DNA of 64,000 nt from an uncultured Anaerolineales bacterium. Its GTDB lineage: Bacteria; Chloroflexota; Anaerolineae; Anaerolineales; UBA11858. Under the pieces are notes generated by a model, which did no database searches, was not told the DNA's origin, and saw only the letters and a program-made list of their open reading frames with translations. Both the position numbers and the translations under genes were made by a program. The stretch covers positions 1,958 through 65,957 of the forward strand of contig CAYVQU010000004.1 of the NCBI GenBank assembly GCA_964453155.1, in the 5' to 3' direction. Shown here piece after piece: positions 17,083-26,688 of this stretch. The stretch's first letter is position 1. Every line of letters starts with the position of its first letter.

Positions 17083-18292
17083 ACGAAACGACGGTTTGCA
17101 ATCTTCTCCCCCGAAACATCCCCAAAAACCACGCGGCCCCCAGCAAGCCAATCAATCCACCCCCAAACCAGATTGACTGGGGGCTGAGATTGTCGTTGAG
17201 AAAACCACCGATCACCGGGCCAACCCCCGCCGCGACGCCCCAACACAGCGAGAAAATGCTCATATACCGGCCGCGCATATCTTCGGGGGCAATATCGGCG
17301 ACATAAGTCGTCGCCGTCGGCACCAGGAGTAATTCGCCCATTGTCAGGGTTACCATGCTGGCCCAGAAATCCCAGAATCCATCCCCGAAGGCCACACTCG
17401 TCACCCCAGCCGCGTACATAAAGCCACCCAAACCCATCATCAGGAGGGGGGAGTAACTTTTGCTCTTGCGGGTGACTAAAACCTGCAATGTGACGACCAG
17501 GATGGCGTTTGTCATGGGGATAAACCCAAATTGATTTTCCATTACCTGATAATTTGTCTTGGCGTAAACCCCAAGCAGCACCCAAACGATCGTCGAACCG
17601 ATTTGGGTCAAGGTGAAAGCCAAAATGAAGGCCATAAAGGCCTTATCAACAAATATCTGGCCATAACTTTTGATACCTGTTGTTTGAGTTGCCACATCGG
17701 GGGTAATTTTCGGCAGCGTTTCTTTGGCGAAAAACAATACCAATAACCCAAAAAAGACCAACCCGGCTGCCGCGCACCAGAACGCGATGCTATATGAAGC
17801 TGTTGCCACAAATCCACCCACCGCGGGGCCTAGCGCGATGCCCACGTTTTTTGCCAAGCGCGTGAGAGCATAAGCATCGGCGCGTTGACCCTCTGGGATG
17901 AGATCCGCTACCATGGCGTCAGATCCCACTCGATATAGGGGATTAACGAATCCTCGCAAGGTCATCAAGATTGCGAACTGCATCACGGTCTCGGCCGGGA
18001 TCATGGCGACATAGAGCACGCCCATGGCGATCAGACCAAAAACCATCGTGGACCGGCGGCCGGCTCGATCACAGATGGGACCAACGACGAAGGAAGCGAT
18101 CAATCCGGCAGTGGCGTTGAGTGTCATCATGAAAGCGACCGCCGTCATCGGCAGGCTGAGTTTATCGCTGACGTAAATCATCAAAAAGGGCCAGATCATA
18201 CTGGCCCCGGCGGTGCTGATCAGCATCCCCCAGAAGAGCAGCCAGAATTGAGATGGGTAGTTTTGTTGGTTGAATTGGCGTAATATTTTCAT
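17081..18292 (-). CDS. MFS transporter
   Basis: About 12 TM helices. The start is trimmed to Met41 (MKILRQF...), and the remaining N-terminal ORF extension has no support. Confidence 0.8.
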   Translation of the reverse strand: MKILRQFNQQNYPSQFWLLFWGMLISTAGASMIWPFLMIYVSDKLSLPMTAVAFMMTLNATAGLIASFVVGPICDRAGRRSTMVFGLIAMGVLYVAMIPAETVMQFAILMTLRGFVNPLYRVGSDAMVADLIPEGQRADAYALTRLAKNVGIALGPAVGGFVATASYSIAFWCAAAGLVFFGLLVLFFAKETLPKITPDVATQTTGIKSYGQIFVDKAFMAFILAFTLTQIGSTIVWVLLGVYAKTNYQVMENQFGFIPMTNAILVVTLQVLVTRKSKSYSPLLMMGLGGFMYAAGVTSVAFGDGFWDFWASMVTLTMGELLLVPTATTYVADIAPEDMRGRYMSIFSLCWGVAAGVGPVIGGFLNDNLSPQSIWFGGGLIGLLGAAWFLGMFRGRRLQTVVS

Positions 18293-18346
18293 GAGATTTC
18301 GGCGGGATTGTACCACTATAATTTCTCTTGAAAAGGTGTGTTCTAT

Positions 18347-18388
18347 CCCAAAAAAGGAACTCGGTTTTTGCAAAAACCGAGTTCCTTT
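18347..18388 (-). terminator. Intrinsic terminator (perfect palindrome plus U-tract on the minus strand)
   Basis: AAAGGAACTCGGTTTTTG/CAAAAACCGAGTTCCTTT (18353-18388). On the minus strand it is followed by TTTTTT. Confidence 0.8.
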
Positions 18389-18484
18389 CCGATCAGAATT
18401 TTGAAACCACAAAGGACACCAAGAGCACGACGCAATATCAGACTTTGTGTCCCTTTGTGGTCTTTGTGGTGATTTTTTTAAAGA

Positions 18485-19123
18485 TTATTTATCCATTGGT
18501 GGTCTTAGATACTCCAATCCTTGCAACAGCAACCCGATTTGAGCAAGTGTTAGCCATGCGAGTCCAATTATCAAAACCCAGGTGAGGATGTTGATCCATT
18601 TAGGACCATCGATCTGCAGATCAAGAATTTGAGCCTGAATATCGTCGATCGAGCTTTGATAATCTCCCACTACGACCTGGGCTTCTTGCAGGGTCAAATT
18701 GATGTCATTCATGTCAGTGACGATATTAGACAACTCGGTTTGCATGTTTGCCAAATTATCGCTGGTATCGCCCAATTCATCTTTGTTAGGGACCAGAAAA
18801 CCCGCGAGGCCTGATTTCATGAACTGATCAAAACTCTCTGCCAAAACGTTGATATCCTTCATTGTCAGTGCCATCGACGATGTTACCTCGACGGCCGTAT
18901 CCATCGAATCGGTTGCGGTCCCGAGGGATTGGTCCACAATGACCAGCCCGGCCGAGGCCGAATCCAGAGTTTCGGTGATCAACTGGGTTGTTTCATAAAA
19001 CGAGAGCAGCATCGAGGTGCGTACCTGCCAGATGCCGTAAATTCCAACCGGACCAAAAACCATCCCAGCGAGCGCAACCAGGATCAACGTTATTCCTAGA
19101 AACCGTTTGAAGAAAGTTTTCAT
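18485..19123 (-). CDS. Hypothetical bitopic/2-TM membrane protein with a coiled-coil-like extracytoplasmic region
   Basis: The start is trimmed to MKTFFKRFLGITLILVALAG (GGAG SD upstream). TM helices lie at both ends. The longer ORF version would overlap the surE start. Confidence 0.6.
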   Translation of the reverse strand: MKTFFKRFLGITLILVALAGMVFGPVGIYGIWQVRTSMLLSFYETTQLITETLDSASAGLVIVDQSLGTATDSMDTAVEVTSSMALTMKDINVLAESFDQFMKSGLAGFLVPNKDELGDTSDNLANMQTELSNIVTDMNDINLTLQEAQVVVGDYQSSIDDIQAQILDLQIDGPKWINILTWVLIIGLAWLTLAQIGLLLQGLEYLRPPMDK

Positions 19124-19239
19124 CACAAACTCCTGACCAATTTGCCTGAAAAGATTGTACCATTGGGCTGATTTGCTCTTATAATACGACGATTCAAGTT
19201 TCAGACAATTAAGACCGCTTAGACCTTTAGGACAAATTA

Positions 19240-20019
19240 ATGACCCTTTCAAACCCTCACATTCTCATCTCCAACGACGATGGCGTTACCGCCCCTGGCC
19301 TGCTGGCTTTAGCTCAAGAAATGCGCAAACTGGGTGATGTCACGATACTGGCCCCCGATCATAACTGGTCTGCTTCGGGACATGGCAAAACAATGCACAA
19401 GCCATTACGAATCAAAGAAGTAAATCTGACGGACGGCACTATGGCTTATGCCAGTGATGGCTGCCCCTCGGATTGTGTGGCCCTGGCATTGCTTGGATTC
19501 ATCGAACGCAATGTTGATCTGGTCGTCTCGGGGATCAACCCCAATGCTAATATCGGGATCGACGTAGTTTATTCGGGGACAGTCGCGGCTGCAGCTGAGG
19601 CCGTGATCAATGGGGTGCCAGGGATTGCGGTTTCGATGGATTCGCCTGACGAGCATGCCGGCCCTCTAGATTATGGTCCGACCGCCCGCGCCGCCCGTAA
19701 AGTGGCTACCAAATTCCTCGAATCTGGATTCCCTCCTGAAACGGTGTTCAATGTGAACGCTCCTTATCTGTCTGATGAAGAGATTAAAGGATTTCAGGTC
19801 ACCCGTCAGGGTCAACGGATTTATCAGGACGCCCTCGAAGTCCGGGCTGATCCTCGCTCCAAACCCTATTATTGGATTGGGGGAGAGTATCCCACCGGAG
19901 AAGATATTGAGGGTACCGATTATGGGGCGATCAAGGCGGGATACGTGTCGATCACGCCGCTCAAACTTGATCTCACCGCCAATGATTATTTGCCTGCGCT
20001 ACAAAAATGGGATTGGTAA
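19240..20019 (+). CDS. surE: 5'/3'-nucleotidase SurE
   Basis: 'ILISNDDGVTAPGL' and the SGINPNANIG motif. Confidence 0.9.
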   Translation: MTLSNPHILISNDDGVTAPGLLALAQEMRKLGDVTILAPDHNWSASGHGKTMHKPLRIKEVNLTDGTMAYASDGCPSDCVALALLGFIERNVDLVVSGINPNANIGIDVVYSGTVAAAAEAVINGVPGIAVSMDSPDEHAGPLDYGPTARAARKVATKFLESGFPPETVFNVNAPYLSDEEIKGFQVTRQGQRIYQDALEVRADPRSKPYYWIGGEYPTGEDIEGTDYGAIKAGYVSITPLKLDLTANDYLPALQKWDW

Positions 20020-20030
20020 TACCAACTTTG

Positions 20031-23000
20031 TCATAAAATATTGCTTTCTGATTTCCAATTGTTGGTATTGAGCGTTTCGATCACCCCATCTACAGTCATC
20101 TCTAAAGAAGGAATCTCATCTGAAATTTGCACTACATAGTCAACACAATATTGTTGAGCTTCAGCCCGGATTTCCTGATTACTGGCAGGGTGGTGGCTGA
20201 TGAGTGTGAGCAGTTGAACGGCCTTCTCTTGTAAATCGGCTTCCAAGAACATTTTACTCACCCGCAGCAAGACAGATACAGTAACACTCCCTAATTTCGA
20301 GCCGACCGTCTCTAATGCTTCGCTAAATAATTTAGCCGCGCCAGCATAATCTTCTTGGCGAATAGCGATGCGTCCTAAACTCTCCAAGGCCGAGGCAATC
20401 CCTCCGATATCACCAATGTCGCGGTAGGTAGAGATGTTTTGGTTGAAAATCTCAGTAGCTACATCGTATTCATCTTGCAGGATGGCGATTTGAGCTAGAT
20501 TATTGAGCGCAGTTCTCATCCCCTCCTGGTGCCCCAAATCTCTCATATTGTCGTAACTCTCTCGGAATAATCGTTGGGCTTCATCGAAATTGCCTAAAGC
20601 CCTTTCGGCGTTTCCCCAGTTATTTAACAAATAAGACCACATATAGCGGTATCCGGTGGCAGTATGATGCTCCAATGCAGCCTGACCATACTGCTGTACT
20701 TTTTCATAATTTCCCTTGGCCAGTTCCAGGGCGCTTAGGGAATAAAGCGCACCGATTGCGTTGATGCGATCATTTCTATTTTGGTGATATGCCAGCATCT
20801 CTTCGCCGATCTGGCGAGCTGCTTCATAATTCCCAGCGACGGTATATAAAACCGTTAATGCGGACCGCGCATCTAGTCCGGGTAAAAATGCAAGTTCAAG
20901 TTTGCTGTTTTGAAGATATTGCCAACTTTGATGGCCAAAAGCCAATCCCTGTTCGATTTGGCCTAACCGCAGCGCGGTCCAAGATTTCTGAATATATACG
21001 CCCGAGAGAACAAGATCTCGCTCAGGGCAAGCGGGGAAATTTGCCAGTTCTGTTATTGCGGTTTCATACCAGGATTCAACTTCCTGCCATCGGTTTTGAA
21101 CTTCCCGAAAAATTAGAATGGAGTGTTGAACAAGGATCAGATCAGCGAACATACCGTGTTTGCTAGCCCAAACCCAGGCATTGTGGATATTGCTCATCTC
21201 TGGCTCAGTGACTTGACAGGCGAATTTAACATCGCCAACCGCATATTGCTGATCTAAATCAGCCAGAAATTTGCAATAATAACGGGTGTGATTCTCCCTA
21301 GCAGAGGCATAGCGCTCCGGATCATTTTTTAGTGTGGTTTCGCCCATCTGGCGGAGCAATTCGTGGATGGAGTATCGTCCGGCTGCATCTCGCTGGAGCA
21401 ATGATTTATTGACTAAGGTTGCTAAAATGCGGAGGTTTGCATTGGCAACTGATTGGGCTGCGATTTGAGTAAAACCCCCTTGAAAAATGCATAGATGAAT
21501 GAACACCAGGCGTTCAGAATCCCCTAAAAGTCGCAGCGATTGTTCTACCACGGCGCGCACACTGCGGTGTCGTTCGGGGATATCCTGAAAATCACTGGTC
21601 AAGAAGTCGGTCTCTTGGTTGATCCCGGCCTGGATTTCATCCAGGGAAAACATATCCACCCAGGAGGCAGCCAATTCCACTGCCAGTGGCATCCCCTGAA
21701 CGGCCTGACAAATTCCCAGAATGGTCGGCAAATTTTCGTCATTCAGAATCATATCTGGCATCAATCGTTGGGCAGACTGCATAAATAGTTTCACAACGCC
21801 GGCCTGGCTGGCCTGATCGGCAGTTTCCCAAGCCTGTACTTCCATCCCCGATATGTTCAGAATGGTTTCTCCCCGCAATCTCAACCGTTGACGAGTCGTA
21901 ACCAACACTTTGACCAATGGCGCGCCCCTTAAAATATCTGTGACCATCGTACTGCTGCTGAGCAGATGTTCAAAATTATCTAGAATCAGCAGCATGTGTT
22001 TTTGATGCAAATAATTGATGAGTTGTTGAATAGGGGGCTCAGATGAGTGGAAATGAAAACCGATGGCTTCGGCAATTATGTTGGGGATATTTTCTGGCGA
22101 ACTAGTCTTAACCAAGGGGACGAAGAAAACCCCAGCCTCGAAATGGCCGATCTGTTGGCGGCTGGCTTCTAACGCCAGGCGAGTTTTTCCCATGCCACCC
22201 ATCCCAACAATGGAAATCAAGCGGACATTCCCGTCTGCGAGGTATCCTCTTAAGCGATCTAGCTCTGCTTCTCGACCAATGAAGGGGGTCATATCTGCTG
22301 AGAGATTGTGGATTTGAGTTTGAACCGGAATGGGGGTTGGAACGCTGCGGGCAACTGTCAGTGGTTTGCTCTCTCGGCCGCTGATGATGTCTTCTAACAC
22401 AACCCCAACATGCCGTACGGAGGGTAATCGGTGGTCGCGATCCTTCTCTAGCATGTAATGGATAAGGGTGGTGAGTTCAACTGGAATTTCAGGGGTTTGT
22501 GACAGCGTATCAGGGGGCGGTTGAGTGAGAATATTGGACAAAGTATGGGATATGGTGTCGCCGGCAAATGGATTTTGACCGGTCAGCATCTCATAAAGGA
22601 TCACGCCAAAGGCCCAGATGTCAGCCCGATTATCAATGGTCTCGCCATTGATGATTTCTGGGGCCAGGTAATTGATGGTGCCCAAAATCATGTTCGTCTG
22701 GGTGATCCGCTCCTGGCTGGTTACAAAAGCAATCCCGAAGTCTGTCAAGCGGGGGGTGCCATCATGCGAGAGCAGAATATTTGCTGGTTTTAAATCTCGA
22801 TGGATGATGTGCAGCCGATGCGCCCGGGTTAAGGCGTCGGCCAGGTCGATGGCAATATTCAAAACGTCCTGGATGGGCAATGATCCCGCATCTAGTTGTT
22901 GACGCAGGTCCCCCTCTGGGCAATACTCCATGACCAGGTAATTTTCCCCGTTCTCCTCGATGGTGTTATAGAATTTAACGATGTTGGGGTGATCTAAAAC

Positions 23001-23183
23001 CCGTAATGCTTCTCCTTCACGCCGAAAACGCTCCAAAACCTCGGTGTTGGCCAGCTCTGGTTTGAGGTGCTTCACCGCGACCGTTTGTTCGGATTCTAAA
23101 TCCGTTGCCTGGAATACGGCCCCCATGCCGCCAACCCCAATTTGTTCTAGAATTTGATAGCGTTGTCCAATGATTTGGGTCAT
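20031..23183 (-). CDS. Ser/Thr protein kinase fused to a STAND-type P-loop NTPase and TPR repeats
   Basis: Hanks motifs GVGGMGAVF..VAVK, HRDLKPANIL, DFG and APE. Central Walker A VGMGGMGKT. The C-terminal roughly 450 aa is TPR-like. Confidence 0.85.
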   Translation of the reverse strand: MTQIIGQRYQILEQIGVGGMGAVFQATDLESEQTVAVKHLKPELANTEVLERFRREGEALRVLDHPNIVKFYNTIEENGENYLVMEYCPEGDLRQQLDAGSLPIQDVLNIAIDLADALTRAHRLHIIHRDLKPANILLSHDGTPRLTDFGIAFVTSQERITQTNMILGTINYLAPEIINGETIDNRADIWAFGVILYEMLTGQNPFAGDTISHTLSNILTQPPPDTLSQTPEIPVELTTLIHYMLEKDRDHRLPSVRHVGVVLEDIISGRESKPLTVARSVPTPIPVQTQIHNLSADMTPFIGREAELDRLRGYLADGNVRLISIVGMGGMGKTRLALEASRQQIGHFEAGVFFVPLVKTSSPENIPNIIAEAIGFHFHSSEPPIQQLINYLHQKHMLLILDNFEHLLSSSTMVTDILRGAPLVKVLVTTRQRLRLRGETILNISGMEVQAWETADQASQAGVVKLFMQSAQRLMPDMILNDENLPTILGICQAVQGMPLAVELAASWVDMFSLDEIQAGINQETDFLTSDFQDIPERHRSVRAVVEQSLRLLGDSERLVFIHLCIFQGGFTQIAAQSVANANLRILATLVNKSLLQRDAAGRYSIHELLRQMGETTLKNDPERYASARENHTRYYCKFLADLDQQYAVGDVKFACQVTEPEMSNIHNAWVWASKHGMFADLILVQHSILIFREVQNRWQEVESWYETAITELANFPACPERDLVLSGVYIQKSWTALRLGQIEQGLAFGHQSWQYLQNSKLELAFLPGLDARSALTVLYTVAGNYEAARQIGEEMLAYHQNRNDRINAIGALYSLSALELAKGNYEKVQQYGQAALEHHTATGYRYMWSYLLNNWGNAERALGNFDEAQRLFRESYDNMRDLGHQEGMRTALNNLAQIAILQDEYDVATEIFNQNISTYRDIGDIGGIASALESLGRIAIRQEDYAGAAKLFSEALETVGSKLGSVTVSVLLRVSKMFLEADLQEKAVQLLTLISHHPASNQEIRAEAQQYCVDYVVQISDEIPSLEMTVDGVIETLNTNNWKSESNIL

Positions 23184-23306
23184 TTTTGGAGATATAGGAT
23201 TTTGGAAATGGAGTATTCAAACCTAATTAGGCCTTAAAAAATTATATCATCTCCGGTTTAGCCGGAGGGTATAATAAACAATAATATTGCTTTTTCAGGA
23301 GATCGT

Positions 23307-24281
23307 ATGAAGCCTAAAGTGTACGTCACCCGTTATTTACCTGAATCCGCCCGGAAGGAAATCGATCAAGTTTGCGAAGTTGAAATCTGGGATCATGAAT
23401 TTCCACCACCATATGAAACCATCCTGGAAAAAGTTGCTGATAAGGATGGCTTACTTTGTCTGTTAACGGATAAAATTGATGCCAACCTCATGGACGCGGC
23501 CCCAAATCTGAAAGTCATCAGCCAATGTGCCGTCGGTTTTGATAATGTTGATGTTGCCGCCGCAACCGCGCGCGGCATTGGGGTGGGAAATACCCCCGGC
23601 GTGCTGACCGATGCCACTGCGGATTTTTCTTTTACCCTGTTAATGGCTGCGGCCCGGCGAGTGGGGGAGGCCGTTGATTATGTACGGGCTGGTAACTGGC
23701 AAACCTGGGGTCTGACGACCCTCCTCGGCCAGGAAATCTATGGCGCGACGTTGGGCTTGATTGGCTTTGGTCGCATCGGGCAAGCCGTGGCCAAACGGGC
23801 CCGTGGCTTCGATATGCGAATTTTGTATCATGATACTCACCGTCAGATCGAGGCTGAAAAAGAATTTGGAGCTGAATATTGTGAGCTCGATACGCTACTC
23901 GGTGAATCCGATTTTATTTCCCTCCATGTCAATCTGACTCCGGAAACGCATAGCATGATCAATCAGTCTGCCTTCGAAAAAATGAAATCGACTGCAGTTT
24001 TAATCAACACGGCCCGCGGCCCAGTTATAGACCCTGATGCCTTGTACTCTGCACTCAAAACAGCTCAAATTGCGGCCGCAGCCCTCGATGTATCCCAACC
24101 TGAGCCGCTGCCCGTTGATCACAAACTGTTGACACTGCCCAATCTCATCATCGCCCCCCATATCGCCAGTGCGACAGTCACCTCCCGTTCCCAGATGGCA
24201 ATGATGGCCGCCGAAAATTTGATTTCCGGGGCCAATGGCCACTGTCCACCCAATTGTGTCAATCCCGAAGTTTATGAGTAA
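23307..24281 (+). CDS. D-2-hydroxyacid dehydrogenase (glyoxylate/hydroxypyruvate reductase-like)
   Basis: NAD-binding GLIGFGRIGQAVA, with the catalytic region INTARGPVID...APHIASAT. Confidence 0.8.
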   Translation: MKPKVYVTRYLPESARKEIDQVCEVEIWDHEFPPPYETILEKVADKDGLLCLLTDKIDANLMDAAPNLKVISQCAVGFDNVDVAAATARGIGVGNTPGVLTDATADFSFTLLMAAARRVGEAVDYVRAGNWQTWGLTTLLGQEIYGATLGLIGFGRIGQAVAKRARGFDMRILYHDTHRQIEAEKEFGAEYCELDTLLGESDFISLHVNLTPETHSMINQSAFEKMKSTAVLINTARGPVIDPDALYSALKTAQIAAAALDVSQPEPLPVDHKLLTLPNLIIAPHIASATVTSRSQMAMMAAENLISGANGHCPPNCVNPEVYE

Positions 24282-24327
24282 TTTCACCCAATTCCGGTTT
24301 TTTACGGAACCTTAATCTATTCAACCC

Positions 24328-24355
24328 TTGACAGATTCATGAATATCCTTAAAAT
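24328..24355 (+). promoter_or_regulatory. Candidate sigma70 promoter of the pyr operon
   Basis: TTGACA (24328-24333), a 16-nt spacer, then TAAAAT (24350-24355). Confidence 0.5.
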
Positions 24356-24401
24356 TCCGCCCGGAATGTACACGAACAGAATTATTTACCCTAAAACTTA
24401 C

Positions 24402-24438
24402 CGCCCCGGGATGACTCATCCCCGTGGGCGATTTTTTT
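24402..24438 (+). terminator. Leader terminator-like hairpin 1 upstream of pyrC
   Basis: CGCCC.GGGAT (24402-24412) pairs with ATCCC...GGGCG (24418-24430), followed by A-TTTTTTT. Confidence 0.5.
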
Positions 24439-24463
24439 GCCATTCTCAACGAGATTCTTAATC

Positions 24464-24491
24464 ATAGAGCCATTCATGGCTCTATTTTTTT
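24464..24491 (+). terminator. Leader terminator-like hairpin 2 (putative attenuator), 24 nt before the pyrC start
   Basis: ATAGAGCC (24464-24471) pairs with GGCTCTAT (24478-24485), followed by TTTTTT. Confidence 0.55.
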
Positions 24492-24514
24492 GTCTGCTGC
24501 CCAAAGGAAAAGCG

Positions 24515-25588
24515 ATGATAAAACTACCTGGCCTGATCGACCCCCATGTGCACTTGCGGGAACCCGGTCAAACCCATAAAGAAGATTTTACAACTGGGAC
24601 TGCCGCGGCCCTCGCGGGGGGTGTGACCACGGTTTTAGCCATGCCGAACACCAATCCGCCTCTGGTGGATGCTGCAGCCTTCGATTCAGCCCTGAATTTG
24701 GGTGAATCCAAAGCCCTGTGTGACTTCGGTTTGTATGTGGGTGCCAACCTTGAGAATGCGGCCGAAATTCCAGCTTTAGCCCCCCAAGCCGCCGGACTAA
24801 AATTTTATCTCGACGCGACGTTTGGCCCTCTGCTTTTGGATGACACTTCTGCCTGGATGGCGCACTTTGAAAATTGGCCCGCAGACCGCCCCATCGTTGC
24901 TCATGCGGAAGATGCCAATATCCCGGCTTTAATCTTTGTTGCCAGCCTCTTTGATCGCCCCGTTCACATCTGCCACGTTGCCAAACGTGCCGAAATTGAA
25001 ATGATTAGGGCTGCTAAAGAAAAAGGTCACCCGGTAACCTGCGAAGTCGGCCCCCAGCATCTGTTCCTCTCGACTGCCGATTTCGACCGTCTCAGTCAAA
25101 ATGGCAAATATCCCGGCCGCAAAGAAGTTCGCCCCCGCTTGGCAACCCCCGACGATCAGCAAGCCTTATGGGAGAATCTCGACGTCATCGATTGTTTCGC
25201 CACCGACCATGCTCCCCATCTTCTCAGCGAAAAAGACAGCGATAACCCGCCCCCTGGTTTTCCCGGGGTCGAAACTGCCCTCCCATTATTCTTAACCGCC
25301 GTTCACGCTTCACGGCTTACACTCGAAGACATCATTCAACGCATGTATCACAATCCCCGCCGCATCTTCATTCTCCCTGAACAACCCGAAACTTGGATTG
25401 AAGTTGACCCAGAAGCCAAATACCAAATTTCAGCCACCGAATCCCTCTCAAAATGCGGCTGGACCCCCTTTGAAGGTACCCCTGTTCAGGGACGAGTGGA
25501 ACGCGTTGTACTGCGAGGTCAAACTGTCTATCAAAATGGAAAAACCCTGGCAAAACCAGGTTATGGAACCAACGTTCGCACGTTCTAA
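24515..25588 (+). CDS. pyrC: Dihydroorotase
   Basis: 'DPHVHLREPG' and 'ATDHAPH' metal-binding motifs. The start is trimmed to ATG 24515 (AAAGGAAAA SD). The longer ORF begins with TTG inside the leader hairpins. Confidence 0.9.
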   Translation: MIKLPGLIDPHVHLREPGQTHKEDFTTGTAAALAGGVTTVLAMPNTNPPLVDAAAFDSALNLGESKALCDFGLYVGANLENAAEIPALAPQAAGLKFYLDATFGPLLLDDTSAWMAHFENWPADRPIVAHAEDANIPALIFVASLFDRPVHICHVAKRAEIEMIRAAKEKGHPVTCEVGPQHLFLSTADFDRLSQNGKYPGRKEVRPRLATPDDQQALWENLDVIDCFATDHAPHLLSEKDSDNPPPGFPGVETALPLFLTAVHASRLTLEDIIQRMYHNPRRIFILPEQPETWIEVDPEAKYQISATESLSKCGWTPFEGTPVQGRVERVVLRGQTVYQNGKTLAKPGYGTNVRTF

Positions 25589-25641
25589 CGTTTCAACATT
25601 CAACCTGCAACCTTAAACATATAAACCCAAAGGAGTAACCC

Positions 25642-26619
25642 ATGAATTTCACATCCCGCAACCCCCACCTGCCGTTTGGTGACCAGCGCACCGCCCCCTG
25701 GTATGGCCAATCCGTCATTTCCGTCAAGCAATTTAACCGCGAAGATTTGGAGTATATCTTCTCGGTGGCCCACGAGATGCAGGTCATGGTCGAGCGGATT
25801 GGCACCTTTGATCTGCTCAAAGGAAAAATTCTCGCTAACCTGTTCTACGAACCCTCCACCCGGACCTCCTCCAGCTTCACCGCCGCGATGGAACGCCTGG
25901 GTGGGTCGGTGATCCCGATTAACGAGGTGAAGTATTCCTCGGTTTCCAAAGGCGAAAGCCTGCCCGACACCATCCGTACGCTCGAGTGCTACGCCGATGT
26001 GGTCGTGCTGCGCCACCCTGAAGTAGGGTCGTCGGCTCTGGCTGCCAAGTATGCTCGTAAACCGGTCCTGAATGCCGGTGATGGGGTGGGTGAGCACCCC
26101 ACGCAGGCCCTGTTGGATGCCCTGACGATCAAAGAAGAACTCGGTCACATTGACGGCCTGACCGTTACGATGCTGGGTGATCTTAAGAATGGCCGCACCA
26201 TTCATTCCCTGGCTCGGCTGCTCTCGCTCTACAAAGTCAAACTCAACTATGTGGCCCCCGAAATTTTGCGGATGCCCCCCGAGTTGATCGCCGAACTTAA
26301 AGCTCTCGGTGTCGAGCAAAAAGAGTATGACAATCTCGAAGATGCTCTCCCCGAAACCGATGTCCTCTACGTCACTCGCATTCAAAGAGAACGCTTTGAA
26401 GATTTGGCCGATTACGAACAGGTTTCTGGGGCCTACGTCATTGATCCCGAAGTCATGAAAATCGCCAAAGACCGCATGATCGTGATGCATCCACTCCCCC
26501 GCGTCAACGAAATCAGCATGGATTTCGACGATGACCCCCGCGCCGCCTATTTCCGCCAGATGGAATACGGACTGTATGTCCGCATGGCGTTGTTGGCGAT
26601 GGTGTTGGGCAAAGCTTAG
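25642..26619 (+). CDS. pyrB: Aspartate carbamoyltransferase catalytic subunit
   Basis: Motifs [18 protein letters not shown] and HPLPRV, with an AAAGGAG SD. Confidence 0.95.
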   Translation: MNFTSRNPHLPFGDQRTAPWYGQSVISVKQFNREDLEYIFSVAHEMQVMVERIGTFDLLKGKILANLFYEPSTRTSSSFTAAMERLGGSVIPINEVKYSSVSKGESLPDTIRTLECYADVVVLRHPEVGSSALAAKYARKPVLNAGDGVGEHPTQALLDALTIKEELGHIDGLTVTMLGDLKNGRTIHSLARLLSLYKVKLNYVAPEILRMPPELIAELKALGVEQKEYDNLEDALPETDVLYVTRIQRERFEDLADYEQVSGAYVIDPEVMKIAKDRMIVMHPLPRVNEISMDFDDDPRAAYFRQMEYGLYVRMALLAMVLGKA

Positions 26620-26688
26620 ATTTTTCTGTGAAACGTGATACGTGAATTTTGAATGCTATCACGCTTCACGTATCACGAAGGAAATTCC

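Noticed and set aside
17043-17585. 180-aa minus-strand ORF overlapping the MFS transporter gene
   Set aside because: It is an alternate frame of the MFS gene, with Gly/Arg/Trp-rich nonsense-like composition.
18407-18470. Hairpin CCACAAAGGACAC…GTGTCCCTTTGTGG plus tandem CTTTGTGGT x2, considered as a possible sRNA or repeat element
   Set aside because: It lies immediately after the stop of the minus-strand membrane protein gene and just upstream of a canonical terminator. It is most simply part of a compound 3' UTR/terminator, and I saw no second copy in the window.
25600-26490. 296-aa ORF antisense to pyrB
   Set aside because: It fully overlaps the conserved pyrB gene on the opposite strand and has no recognisable motifs or RBS.
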